A stretch of DNA of 64,000 bases from Octopus sinensis (Eukaryota). Made by a program: the position numbers and the translations under genes. The stretch is taken from assembly GCF_006345805.1 (NCBI RefSeq), contig NC_042999.1, forward strand, positions 129,456,001 to 129,520,000. Direction: 5' to 3'. This document shows positions 40,181-52,099 of this stretch, piece by piece. Within the stretch, counting starts at the first letter, position 1. Each line of letters opens with the position of its first letter. The notes beneath the pieces are model-generated. The model worked only from the letters and a program-made list of their open reading frames with translations. It was not told where the DNA came from and did not search any database.

Positions 40181-41408
40181 AATATGTTACAAAACGTTAT
40201 ATACAGTCCATGTGCAATTTTAAATTTGCATAGTGAATCTATGAACAAGATAAGTGAAAAACAATATTACATTTTAAAATGGATTTATCCTTGAAATTGT
40301 TGATCCGTCCCTCTGTCCACAACCGCCACGTGATCTCATGATCACTGAGAAATTTCGAAGAATATCTGTGAGAAATTCCGCTAAACGGAACATGACTGTT
40401 TTAGGGTTTTATGAAAGGGACATTGACCTCTCAAAAGTTAAGAGAGTTGTTACGTTCTTTTCTTTTCTTTTTTTTTAGGAAGTAACCGGTAGATATTCAC
40501 AGGTCCTTGCTTGGCTCTCCTGACCCTGGGATAATATACCGGCTGAACTTCCCTCGTATAGGCCCTGCCTGATCCTGGGATGTCTCCAGTAGACTCTACT
40601 CTATTACAAGCGTTCGAACCAGCTTGCTGCTTTGAGTATACCTCCCCCCTCTCTCCATCCACTAGTCTCGGATAAAATACGCACATACACATACGCACAC
40701 ACACACACATACATACATACATACATACATACATACATACATACATACACACATCAAAATGTTCAGTTTTTATTTTCATTTTTACCCACCATAACAATTA
40801 ACGCAACGCTTTCTGTTGTGCAGAAGCTTTTACTCTTGACTGGAGGTTTGAATTCCCGACCAGCGCTGAGTCGAGTACATTATATTGATTGACTCACTCA
40901 TGCTGTTGACTCCGAAAGAATGACAGGTAGAATCAAAAACGTAAAGAGACGAAATGAAATACCGCAAGTCATTTGGTTCTGCACTTTATAGTTTCTATTA
41001 CTCAGCTGGCCGTATCTTTTATCTTTTAATTATGAGGGGAGGTAGAGCAATTAATTTTTGTACAGGTCCTCCATGACTGGTGAGTTAGAGGAAGGAAGTT
41101 ATCCTCGTATCAGAGACCTAACCCGAATGCTTGTCACAGAATGAACTCCTCTAAAGGTACTCAAGATGGCAGGCGGTGATGTTATAACGGGAGACGAGCC
41201 AACTCTACCAGCCAAGTAGGCCATTGCGGGATTTGAACTCAGAATGCAAAAATCCAGATCAAATACCGACCAGGATCTGGTACAAATGATATTTATACCT
41301 TTCTGCCATCCCAGATTGGTACATTTTTATCGATCCCGTAAGGATATGATGCAAACTTGACTTTGACGGCATTTGAACTCAGAACGGATAGAGTTGAAAC
41401 AAATACTG

Positions 41409-41881
41409 TGTAGCGTACACTCGAGTGAAATTCCTCTCCCCATTATTATATATACGTACATTTGAACGTAGCAGATAATAGCTAGCCTACTCGGTTGTGT
41501 CTCTCTCTTTCCCCTCTGGTACATATATGTATTATTCCAGATTTCTGAACGGAGTCATTATTAGATGGTTTCACCACCTGAGACCACGTCCATCTAAAAT
41601 GGTAACCCCGACGTTATAGATCACAATTCCATCTAAAATGGCGACCCGACTTAGAACACGCATTCTTTTGCGTAGTTCAATGCCACCTATCATTTTACTT
41701 CAATGACAAACCGTTCTTTCTAATTTCACCTCTTCGCTACAGAAATAGCTTCCTTTTATCGTCTGTTTTGTCTCCCACAAAATGACTTGTGAGGGGCTAT
41801 CTGTAGCGTACACTCGAGTGAAATCCTTCTCCCCTTTATTATATATACGTACATCCGAACGTAGCAGATAACAGCTATCCT
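41409..41881 (+). mobile_element. TRIM-like miniature LTR retroelement
   Basis: 80-bp direct repeats starting TGTAGCG at 41409 and 41802 (73/80); PBS-like tggtaaccccgacg (41600) and tggcgacccgac (41639); purine-rich gtgagggg just before the second repeat; 3' extent of the LTRs unclear. Confidence 0.6.
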
Positions 41882-42313
41882 TTGGCCGCTATTTGGACCC
41901 TGTTGTGTCCGGTTAGTATTGGCGCAATTTGTCTATTACTCTGTCGCGCCAATATACAGCGTATAACTAACCAGAGTCGCTAAATAAGATCACGTGGGAC
42001 AGCCTGTTCTCAACCTCGTTTTAGCCCGCTGTTCCTCATAAAAACTCATCTTTGGTTCCAGATTTGAACTTAGAACGTGAAGATTCTACCAGCTCGCTAC
42101 CTTAAAATGCTAATAATACTACCTTAGACATTAAGACAACGGCTTTGTAGGAGAGACAATTGAGATTGTCAGATGACTTCCTAGCTGTTTCCAAGAGCTG
42201 TAAACATCAATACATGGGTCGTATAAAGTGTTTAGAACTGCTTCTACTGAATCTCAGTCTGCACTATTGTCAACGGTTATCCAAGAAGATATTTTGATAT
42301 TAACCAAGAGACT

Positions 42314-42745
42314 AAGGCAGCAAACTGGTAGAATCATTAGCACACTGGGCAAAATGCTTTGCGGCATTTCGCCCGTCTTCACGCTTTGAGTTCAAATTCC
42401 GCCAAGGTTTACCATTCATCCTTTCGAGGTCGATAAAATAGTCCCAGCTGAGCACTGGGGTCGATGTAATCGGCTTACCCCTACCCGAAATTGCTGGCCT
42501 TTCGCCAAAATTTGAAACCGGTAAATTACCAATAGACTGAGGCGGTGAGCTGGCAGAATCGTTACCATGCCGGACAAAATGATTAGTGGCATTTCTTCAG
42601 GTTTTACATGCCAAATTCAAATACTGCCGAGGTCGACTTTACTTTTTATCTTTTCAGAGTCGATTAATATAAAGTACCAGTTGATCACTGGAGTCTATGT
42701 AATCAACTAACCCCTTCTTCAAAATTTGAAGCCTTGTGCTTACAG
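42314..42745 (+). mobile_element. SINE family A, two tandem copies
   Basis: Heads at about 42314 and 42538. Confidence 0.9.
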
Positions 42746-43181
42746 AAAAAAGCATATTAATCAATTGGCTAAGAAGTAATAAGCTCTTGAAAAAAAAAAC
42801 ACACACACAAACAACAACAACAACAAAAAAACAAGCAAAACATTGTGCAAAGCATTAAACTTTCTCACACAAGGCTGAGAACTTAACTTTGCTGTTTATT
42901 CATTTTTTTATGGGAACTTAGTTTATGGCAATAGATTTTAAAAAGAATATTGGAACCTTTCTCCGATAACAATTTTGTCATTTTTCTAATGTTATTGTGT
43001 CTCATTGTTTCTTACGCGATTCAGATCTCACATTATTGTGTAACTTAAAATACTTTTCGTAATATGTTGGGAACATTTTTGCCTAATAACTATATCTGTT
43101 ATAAAGTCTGTGTTTTTTTTTCTTTTTACATGGTAGACAGTTACAGACGATACGACGTCGTATTATTACAGGTCCGATAAA

Positions 43182-43565
43182 GCAGTGAGCTGGCAGAGAC
43201 GTTAGCACGCCGGGCGAAATGCTTAGCGGTATTTCGTCTGCCGTTACGTTCTGAGTTCAAATTCCACCGAGGTCGACTTTCGGGGTCGATAAATTAAGTA
43301 CCAGTTACGCACCGGGGTCGATGTAATCGACTTAATCCGTTTGTCTGTCCTTGTTTGTCCCCTCTGTGTTTATCCCCTTGTGGGTTGTAAAGAAATAGGT
43401 ATTTCGTCTGCCGTTACGTTCTGAGTTCAAATTCCGCCGAGGTCGACTTAGCCTTTCATCCTTTCGAAGTCGAAAAAATTAAGTACCACTTGCGTACTGA
43501 AGTCGATTTGATCGACTGGCCCCATCTCCCAAAATTTCGGGCGTTAAGCCTTGAGTAGAAAAGAT
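43182..43565 (+). mobile_element. SINE family A dimer
   Basis: Full head, tail-A linker ...aaagaaatagg, headless second unit from tatttcgtctgccgttacg, tail-B. Confidence 0.9.
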
Positions 43566-44345
43566 TATTGTAAGTCCGTTGATTTCTTTTCTTTACTAGA
43601 TACAATGTTGGTTTGCGTAGCGGGGGAATACAGTAGTGTTTATATTATCGACCAGCAATGTTGAAAAGTAAAGACAAATTTGTTATGATTTTTTTTTTCA
43701 TCTTTACTTGTTTCAGTCACTGGATTGCAACCATGCAAGGGCACCGTCTTGAAGGGTTTAATTGAACCAGCTATAGCTTTGTAAAGCTATACAAACTAGT
43801 GGAAACGAGAATACACTTATCAAAGGTTTATTACTTTACGTACATCAGAGCTTAAATCGTCAGTTATTTCTGTTTAGTTCACTCAGATTCATTTCACACT
43901 CACTGTTTACATTCTTTCATTTTCCTTCTCCTACCGGAAGTTCCTTTTCTTTTGCTGCTGACCAACTTCCTAGCTAGCCCGCAGCGAAGTTTCTGTCTAC
44001 AGTTCGTCTGTCACGAATCCTGCCCTACATAGCTCCACCCTCACCCCCGAACTGTTGACTGTCATTAGAAACTGGAAGGCGTTTTGTCCTGCCCATGCGT
44101 GTGGTTACTTGATTTTTTGGTGACTGTTCCTTGTCAAGGGTTGGTGTGATCTGTCTAGGAAGGCCCCTGTTTGGTGGTTGGGTCACCTGAATGGGACTGT
44201 AAATATCGAGATGGGCGGTTTCAGTCTATCGATGGAAACTGTGTCTTGTCCACCAATTAGGAGTTGGAATGCTTTATCTCCCGGATGTATGAATTGATAT
44301 GGACCATCGTAGGGTGACTGGGGGGGGGGGTTCCTTCGTGTATTT

Positions 44346-44560
44346 TTATGAGCCGATGTTGAGAGAAAGGATGCGATGACCGTATGCCTCGATTGTGGAA
44401 CCGTTGGTGGCAGTTGAAGGTTTCCGCTTTCCGTGACGGTGATCCCTTGCCGACTCCGGTATCACGCTGATTTCTGCTCCTGTGTCGATTAGGAACCTGC
44501 GTCTAGGGGCTGCGATCGCGGACATAGAGGAGCATTTGGTCATGTCTGCCGACCACCAGG
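44346..44560 (-). pseudogene. Gypsy aspartic protease, C-terminally truncated
   Basis: FLIDTGAEISVIP catalytic motif; NGSTIEAYG motif. Confidence 0.85.
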
Positions 44561-44564
44561 GCGT

Positions 44565-45206
44565 TTAGTGGCGGCCGGCCCTGGAGTTTTCCTGGGTCAC
44601 TGGTGAAGGGGTCCCGAATCCACATGGTTGTTTGCACTTTGTCGCCTTTTTCCCGAACTTTGCATGGTAGATGCACAGGTCATGATGCTTAACTCTACCC
44701 CGTCTAGGGGCCGACCCTATGGTGTTGACCATGACACCACTGGATAAAAATTGTTTGTCAGCTGCCTTTGCTAAATGCCGCAGATCCTTGATTTCAGTCT
44801 GAGTTATGAGGGCCTGGACATAGAGTGGCAGCTTGCGGAAGAATATTTCCTTAAGCAAAAAGCAAGGTGACTCACCGGGTGGGGGGACTAATGCCAACAT
44901 GTTGTCTATCAGTTCAGAAGGCTTGGAATCGCCTAATTCCTTTTTCAGTATCTTAGCTGCCGCTTCTCTTTCACTGTGTCGGTATGTATCTACTAGCCTA
45001 TCTTTCAATATAGCATATTTTTCGTTGGTGGGGGATGGGTTAAAATGTTCAGCACCTTCGTCTAGTGCCACCGCAACGTGCGAGTACTTCGTCTGATTGG
45101 CCGTTACCTTGTTTATATCGAATTGTGCTTTCACCTGCGCGAACCACAGTTCAGCCCTCTTAGGCCAGAACTGTGGTAGCCTCAGTATTGTTTTGTTGCT
45201 AGCCAT
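44565..45206 (-). CDS. gag: Gypsy Gag, 213-aa open frame
   Basis: LPQFWP...WFAQVKAQF, ELGDSKPSEL, and C-terminal CIYHAKFGKKATKCKQPC typical of this Gypsy gag class. Confidence 0.85.
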   Translation of the reverse strand: MASNKTILRLPQFWPKRAELWFAQVKAQFDINKVTANQTKYSHVAVALDEGAEHFNPSPTNEKYAILKDRLVDTYRHSEREAAAKILKKELGDSKPSELIDNMLALVPPPGESPCFLLKEIFFRKLPLYVQALITQTEIKDLRHLAKAADKQFLSSGVMVNTIGSAPRRGRVKHHDLCIYHAKFGKKATKCKQPCGFGTPSPVTQENSRAGRH

Positions 45207-45344
45207 GTTTGTTTCGATAGCGAGAGCTGCTGTTCTATCGTCGGGGTCACCAGTTATAGCTTTGTTAAGCTGTACGCAAATAAACTAGTGGAGACGAGAA
45301 CACATTTATCAAAGTTCGATTCCGAGTTTGATTCCAGGCAGTGA

Positions 45345-45348
<4 letters not shown>

Positions 45349-45419
<71 letters not shown>

Positions 45420-45420
45420 T
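45349..45420. repeat. (AAT)n tract truncating the Gypsy 5' LTR
   Basis: Directly visible; preceded by a B-box-like fragment. Confidence 0.9.
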
Positions 45421-46055
45421 TTTTGCTTTTTTTTTTTTGCTTATCTATTTTCATACTTACCTTCGGCAGTGCAGTACAAATTTTTGCGACATTTGGACCT
45501 CTATTTATTAATGAAAACGAGTAAACACAATTTTTGTTTGTCATTTCTTGACGAAAATAACTTGGCTTCCGTGACGTCAATACACATACACACATACAGA
45601 ATATACACACATATAATGAATGTCATGGCATGTCACTCAACACAAACACACGTCCGCTATCCATGACATATACACACACATAGTCTTCGTATCTCTAAGA
45701 GAAAAAAAAGACGTCGACTTTTTGACGTATACAATATTCTAATCCTTTAGAAATACTTCTAACTGAATGTGATTTCAAAAATGTAAATTATTTGTACAGT
45801 AAGTATTTATATTTTAGCTTTCTTTAAACAGAATATAATTTTAATGTTTTTTTAAAATTATTTTCAAGTCGTTAATTTCCGTGAATCGTGAATCGTAGTT
45901 TTTATTTGTTAGGAATCTGCCAACAGCTGTAAAGTACGTCACATGGTTTACTGATTTCTACACTGAAACAATATCACAAATATATAAGTGAAGGGTACAG
46001 TCAGTTGAATCAATCCCAGTGCATGCATAGTACTTATATTATCGGTGGATAAGAG

Positions 46056-46440
46056 CAGGATCGGATTTAGATCCACTAGGCCCTAAGCACTTAAAAGGTT
46101 TTGGTGCCCCCATACATATGTAATTCAAAATAATAATCAATAATAAACCTCAAAGCAAACTTTTATTTTTCAAAATGAAACAAAACTAGCAATAAGATGG
46201 AAAATAATGTTTATTTTTGTACTCTTCCATTTTATTTATACCTAAAAAGTTTTCCCCTACTTTAATCAGATCCTCACTATGTCACCACAAACGCTTCGAA
46301 AATATATTTCCGATCACATAAACCACTTCGAATGTTATTTTAGCTAGTTTAAAGTGATTTCTTTTGTGCCGTAAACCATTCACCACTTCTGTGGTACTCT
46401 AAACACGTGATTATTTTGCTTAATGGTTAATCCAGCGCTA
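46056..46440. mobile_element. Old hAT-type MITE
   Basis: Ends caggatcggatt / aatccagcgcta (degenerate CAGGGCCGGATT type); 8-bp TSD GATAAGAG / GGTAAGAG (7/8). Confidence 0.55.
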
Positions 46441-47569
46441 GGTAAGAGGCATTAACTGACAAAATTCGGAATCCAGAATCATCATAATCGTCGTCGTCAT
46501 CATCACCAACGTAATCGTCGTCATCTTAACACTCACTTTTCCAGGCTTGCTTGGATTAGACGGAATTTTTTAAGGCAGATTTTCTATCGCCGGATTCCCT
46601 TCCTGTCGCCAACCCCCACCTGTTTTTAAGCAAAGTAATACTCACTCACCTAGTTTATCGAACAACGAATAGAGTGGACATAATTACATTTTTTTGTTTC
46701 TTTTTTCTTTTTTTTTTCTTTTTAAGTCAGAACCATGTAGTTACTTTCTTTGTAGCTTTTACGTTGTTCTTGGTGGCTCTACTTATTCCTGTGATGTTTG
46801 GAATTCCATAGACCTTTAACGAGCCAAATTTTGTCTCGTGCAATCGCAAGTATTACATACTTTGTTTTATCACCAAAGTTTATACGAAGCTTGACGCTGA
46901 TTAAAACGACTCGTTTCTGACTTAATACCAGATTTTCATGCCAATCTATTGATTATGGATTTACATCTACCAAACCTCTCAACGTACATAAGAACCTATA
47001 ATCAATTTTTTATGTGTTTCTCTAACTTTTTAAAGAAATTCAGAGAAAAGAATGCCAAGTTAATATCGAAAAATTATTTAGATATACCGAAAACCTTTCA
47101 AGAAATTACGCTTATGTATTTGTTTTACAAGATTTTTTATGTGAAACCGTGTGTTGAAACAGATATTGTTATACTCGGGTATGGTCGTATTTTTCCAATT
47201 AACCACTCGCACTATATATTTGGTCTTCACTTCAGATTTATTACTATTATTTTAAGACTAAACTAAAATAACGATAATAAAGCTGAAGTAAAGATTAAAT
47301 ATTTAGTGCATGTGTTTAATTGGCAGAATACGACCATCTCCAAGTATAACAATATTTCAAGAAATGTCTCTGGATGCTGGCTTTGTTAGGTGGAGGTGCT
47401 TATCTCCCCTGTTTGAAAATTTAAGGACACAGAACGCTTGTGTCGCGTAGCCAACTAGAAACGGTGTTTCTTGGGGTTAAAGAGCAGTAGCATTTCCCCC
47501 TTTCCTGGGACTGCCATATTAAATTGGCGACGAGCCATCACTTTATCGTGCTGTTACTTAAATGTTTTA

Positions 47570-48757
47570 AAAGGTTGAATAAAAAATAATAATTAATTCA
47601 TCAATAATGTATTCACCCTTGTTGTTTACAACTTCTTCCCAACGTTCAACAAGATTTTTCAATACCTCCCTGATAGAAATGACCCGAAATCGACTCGAAA
47701 AATTGATCCAAAAAAGCTCTCAATTCTGCATCAGTATTGAACAAAACTCCGCGCATAGCATTTGAAAGAGATTGAAAATCCGTTGGTGCCAAATCAGGAG
47801 AGTACGGTGGGTGTGGCAGCACTTCCCAGCCATGCGTTTGAATGGCTACCTTGGTCATATTGGTGATATGATGGTGGGCGTTGCCGTGCAGCAGAAGAAC
47901 TCCATGCTGACGATTAGGTCTTTTCTCTTGAATAGCTGTGTTGAGTCGTTCCATCTGTTGACAAAGAGTTCCGCGTTGACCGTTTGGTTCCGTTCAAGCA
48001 ATTCATAATGGATAATACCTTCCCAGTCCCACCATATGCACAACATCATTTTACGTGGATGATGATCTTGTTTCACGCGCGGTGTCGCTTGTTTACCGGG
48101 GCTAAGCCATTCGTTACACTCCTTCATATTGATGTACAGGCACCATTTTTCATCGCCAGTAACGATTCGGTAAAGAAATCGTTGGTTGTGTCCATGAGTT
48201 GAGCGGTGACGAACAAGCAAACCAGCGGAGATTGTGGCTCGTTGATTTTTTGTTGTCATTTAAAGCATGCGGAACTCATGCTCCATACTTCTGAACCTTT
48301 CCCATCGAGTGAAGATGCTTCTCGATAGCAGTGTGGGAGCATTCCATTTTCTCTGCCAGTTCCCTTGTCGTTTGACGAGAATTTTCGTGCAAAAGTTGGT
48401 TTAATCACTCTTCATCAAACTCAACTGGACGGCCAGAACGAGGTACGTCTTTGAGGTCAAAATTTCCATTTTTGAACTCGGCATACCAATCACGAACGGT
48501 TCTTTCAGCTATGGCACACTCTCCATACACAGCACAAATGTCACGAGCAACTTTTGTGGCCTTAGAATCTTGGTTAAAAGCAAAAAGAAGGAGGCATCGA
48601 AAATGCTCGTTTTTCTTAACTTGACATTCCATTTTAAATATCTGAAAATAAATAAAAAATTAACTAAAATTAACTAGAAAAAAAAAAGATTCCAAAATTT
48701 AAAAACGCAATAAATTCCAAAATTAAAAAAACGGCAGGAACTTAGTTGCCAACCCAA
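47570..48757 (-). mobile_element. Near full-length decayed mariner (DD34D, SETMAR/Mos1-like)
   Basis: 5' TIR ttgggttggcaactaagttcc with TA at 48758-48759; frameshifted transposase from ATG 48632 with RSGRP, IVTGDEKW, HGNAHHH (HDNARPH), HPPYSPDLAPTDF and WEEVVNNKGEY motifs; 3' TIR degraded. Confidence 0.92.
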
Positions 48758-48794
48758 TATATATATATATGTATATATATTTATTTATTTACTT

Positions 48795-49025
48795 ATTTGT
48801 GTGTCTTTGTGTCAGTGTTTGTCCCACCCCACCAAATTGCTTGACGACCGATGTTGGTGTATTTACATCCTCGTAACTTAGCGGTTCGGCAAAAGTAACC
48901 GATAGAATAAGTACTAGGCTTACAAAGAGTAAGTCCTGGGGTCGATTTAATTGACTAAAAAAAACCTTTAAGGCAGTGTTCCAGTATGGCCACAGTCAAA
49001 TAGCTGAAACAAAAGAATAAAAGAA
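48795..49025 (+). mobile_element. SINE family B 3' half
   Basis: gcttgacgaccgatgttggtgtatttacatcctcgtaacttagcggttcggcaaaag...gctgaaacaaaagaataaaag. Confidence 0.85.
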
Positions 49026-49225
49026 TGAAATGAATTATTCCTTTTTCTAGATGTAAGACAAGAATATTTATTGACTGAAGGAATAGAGTGCTTTTTTTAT
49101 TTGCTCCTCACTGTTTAGCAATTTATCGAGGCATCTCAGTAGGTTAAACGCAAACAGAAATCTGTTTCAACAATAATTACACGACAGCTCGGTTTATATA
49201 AAATGAAATAAAATACAACAATAAT

Positions 49226-49309
49226 ACGAAAGAAAGAAAGAAAGGAAGGAAGAAAGAAAGAAAGGAAGAAAGAAGGAAAGAAAGAAGGAAAGAAGGAAAG
49301 AAAGAAGGA

Positions 49310-49343
<34 letters not shown>
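49226..49343. repeat. (GAAA/GAAG)n purine tract
   Basis: Directly visible. Confidence 0.95.
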
Positions 49344-49344
<1 letters not shown>

Positions 49345-49697
49345 CAGTAAATAATCCGTCAATGGAGTAGAAATAGTATTTGTTGGCCAAAGATCAAAAT
49401 GTTACAGATTAAATCGCCTTAAAACTCCTTGTGACTCATCGTCTATTCTTGTAGTCATTTTCACTTGTATGTTTGTGTGCTATTGACATTTACGCGCATA
49501 TAAACACGCACAAAGCGCACGAGCGAGTGATGGTGAGGGGCATACACACATACGCGCGCGCGCAATACACGCACGCACACACACACACACACACACACAT
49601 GCACGCACACGCCATGCTACATTATATATTTTTATATCGGTCAAACACATTTTTAACGGATATAAAACTGAATGTTTCAAAATTAAATCTATCATCA

Positions 49698-50228
49698 GAA
49701 TTCGGGTTTAAGCACCTCATATAACCCCTCATAACTTATTTAGTTTTTCGAATTTTCAGAAAATTTTTGCGAATTTGTTTTCTACTCACGGGAATTCATA
49801 CGATTATGAAAAAAAAATTATTTTAAATTTGTTTAACCCCCTCTCCACCCCATATATCCTAAAAATTTCCACCCATTTCGATTTTTTTAAAATCAATGTT
49901 TAAAATACGGACAGCCCGTATTTTTTTTGTTTAAATCCCAGCAATGGACCGTCCTTGGGTACATCATCATTCCATTAAATGTGTTTATGGGGAGAAAAAT
50001 ATTGAAAGACCTAATACATTCACTTTGTACGTCATGTGACAAAGAAACAAAAAAGGTACCCGCTGGTCGTGCGGTGTGCTAAAAACACCAGCTAAATCAC
50101 CCTTAAATCACATACGAAATATTTCTTTTGCACAACCGTCAAGAACAAATTCGCAAAAATTTTCTAAAAATTCCCCAAAAATAAAAAAAAGTTATGAGGG
50201 GTTATATGGGACACTTAAACCAGAATTC
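49698..50228. mobile_element. Inverted-repeat-bounded non-autonomous element (unclassified)
   Basis: About 80-bp imperfect inverted arms 49698-49778 and 50144-50228. Confidence 0.65.
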
Positions 50229-50800
50229 CAACGGAATCGTCCAAAGAGAAGGAAAAAAAATAGCACCTTCCTTGGACTATTCTTTTTCTTTCTCTCGGCA
50301 CCCTTTCTCTCTCCTCTTTCTGAAAAGAGCCATACTCGAAATACAGCCGTCTTTTTGCCATCTTAAACTGAGCGTCAACCTAATACATTCACTTTGTACG
50401 TCATTGTAACTTTTGCCTTTATTTTTATTTTCAATTTTACCTATTATCGCACGCTCACACGGATCTTCTACGGCCTTCTGGCGGTGATTTTGAGTACCTA
50501 ATTCTTGGATTTTCCTACACCAAATTACCATACCATAATTAACTGATTCTCCTACTGATTACGCTACACTTTGAATTCTCTCGGAGTACGTCGTTTTTAT
50601 ACCTTTGATTATGTATCCTATTTAATGTATATACACCAGTGATAGACCCGTTACTGTGGGGTTCGTTCTGAGATAACATCCCTTATGGACGTACTGCGCT
50701 AAAAACAATAAATATCGGTGGGTCAAAATTTATTCGGACCTCTTGCTGTATTGTGAAAAAAAATCTTTGTCTGCTGATCTAGCAAGTTTAAGTGATCTAT

Positions 50801-50843
50801 ACTATGCTGATGAGGTCTAATTATACCGAAACATGTCCACAGT
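50801..50843 (+). ncRNA. Minimal type I hammerhead ribozyme candidate
   Basis: CUGAUGA 50807-50813, stem II GGU/ACC, GAAA 50828-50831, palindromic stem III ACAUGU, GUC triplet, stem I ACUAUG/CACAGU (5 of 6 pairs). Confidence 0.7.
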
Positions 50844-51174
50844 TCACCCTTGCCAGCATATAAGAGGAAGATTTTTCTTTCTCCAACTAAAATGAAAATT
50901 TTAACCAATTAAGAATATTTTCCGTAAAGTAACTAAATAGTGAAGGCGAGTGGTTCTGCTCTCTACCGATTCTGCCATTAACTGCTGTACATCTGACTCT
51001 AAGATATACTCAAAGTGTTGGGTTTTAATTACAGTTTTATAACAATTACAATTCTATATCAAGGCGTAAGAAGTTTTGTGACTTCGAATCGCATCAGTAG
51101 AAGATACCAATGGCACACAACTCTCAAACCCTCTAGAAAGAAAATGGCGTCAGGTTGTAATGTTCGGCTTCGCA

Positions 51175-51287
<113 letters not shown>

Positions 51288-51636
51288 TGGGTAAATTTTG
51301 ACCCTCTTGCTTCCCTGAAGGGGAGCGTAAACCAACCTTATTTATTTGGTGTTTAATTGAGGAAGTTGTATTTTGCAGGCCGTGCGTCGCCAGAAAAGCA
51401 ATACTTACTCTCCACGAGTTACATTCAACAGTAAAGTATATTTAACTGTAAACAAATATCTCGAAGAAAAGTAGTTTATCGTTATCAGCAACAAAATACT
51501 TTTCAGTCATTTTGATTGACAAGTATTTTATTTGCTTGCAGTATTCAAATCATTAAATGAATTTAGATTGACTTGGCAGAGACACACACAACGTGGAAAA
51601 CGACAGATCTTTAGCGAATCCTCAAATGATTTCATG

Positions 51637-51640
<4 letters not shown>

Positions 51641-51709
<69 letters not shown>

Positions 51710-51716
51710 TGTGTGC
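51641..51716. repeat. (TG)n microsatellite
   Basis: Directly visible. Confidence 0.97.
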
Positions 51717-52099
51717 GTATTACACACACACATACACAATCAGTTGTTCATAACTGAGAAGAAAAGCACGCTAAAAGAAAACTTGAGTGGTTAGATTTTT
51801 ATATCGTCAAGTACTATATCACTGGTTATGGCACATAAGTGGTCAGAATGTTACTGACGATTCTACAGACACTCTAGCTGAAAACGCACATCCTCTTTTA
51901 TGTTGGAGGTAAATATACAATCTTGGTTCGTGTGATGATGATAAAAAAATGTGGAACAAAAAAATGATGGACTGTTAAAACATTTTCCTGGAGGAAAGAA
52001 AGTTGCCTGTCATACATGAAGTCAGCTGTGGCAGAAGGGGGTTATCTATGCGTGTGTACATGATTTTCGTTCTTTAGTACGGTAAACGGGATAATCACG

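Larger units (their letters stand above)
43771..45315 (-). mobile_element. Internally deleted Ty3/Gypsy LTR retrotransposon
   Basis: 5' LTR remnant 45254-45315, PBS tggtgaccccgacg, gag, DTG protease, direct junction to the integrase GPY/F tail (SPYDGPY...VSIDRLKP), PPT gggggtgagggtggag, 3' LTR 44029-43771 starting TG. Confidence 0.92.
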
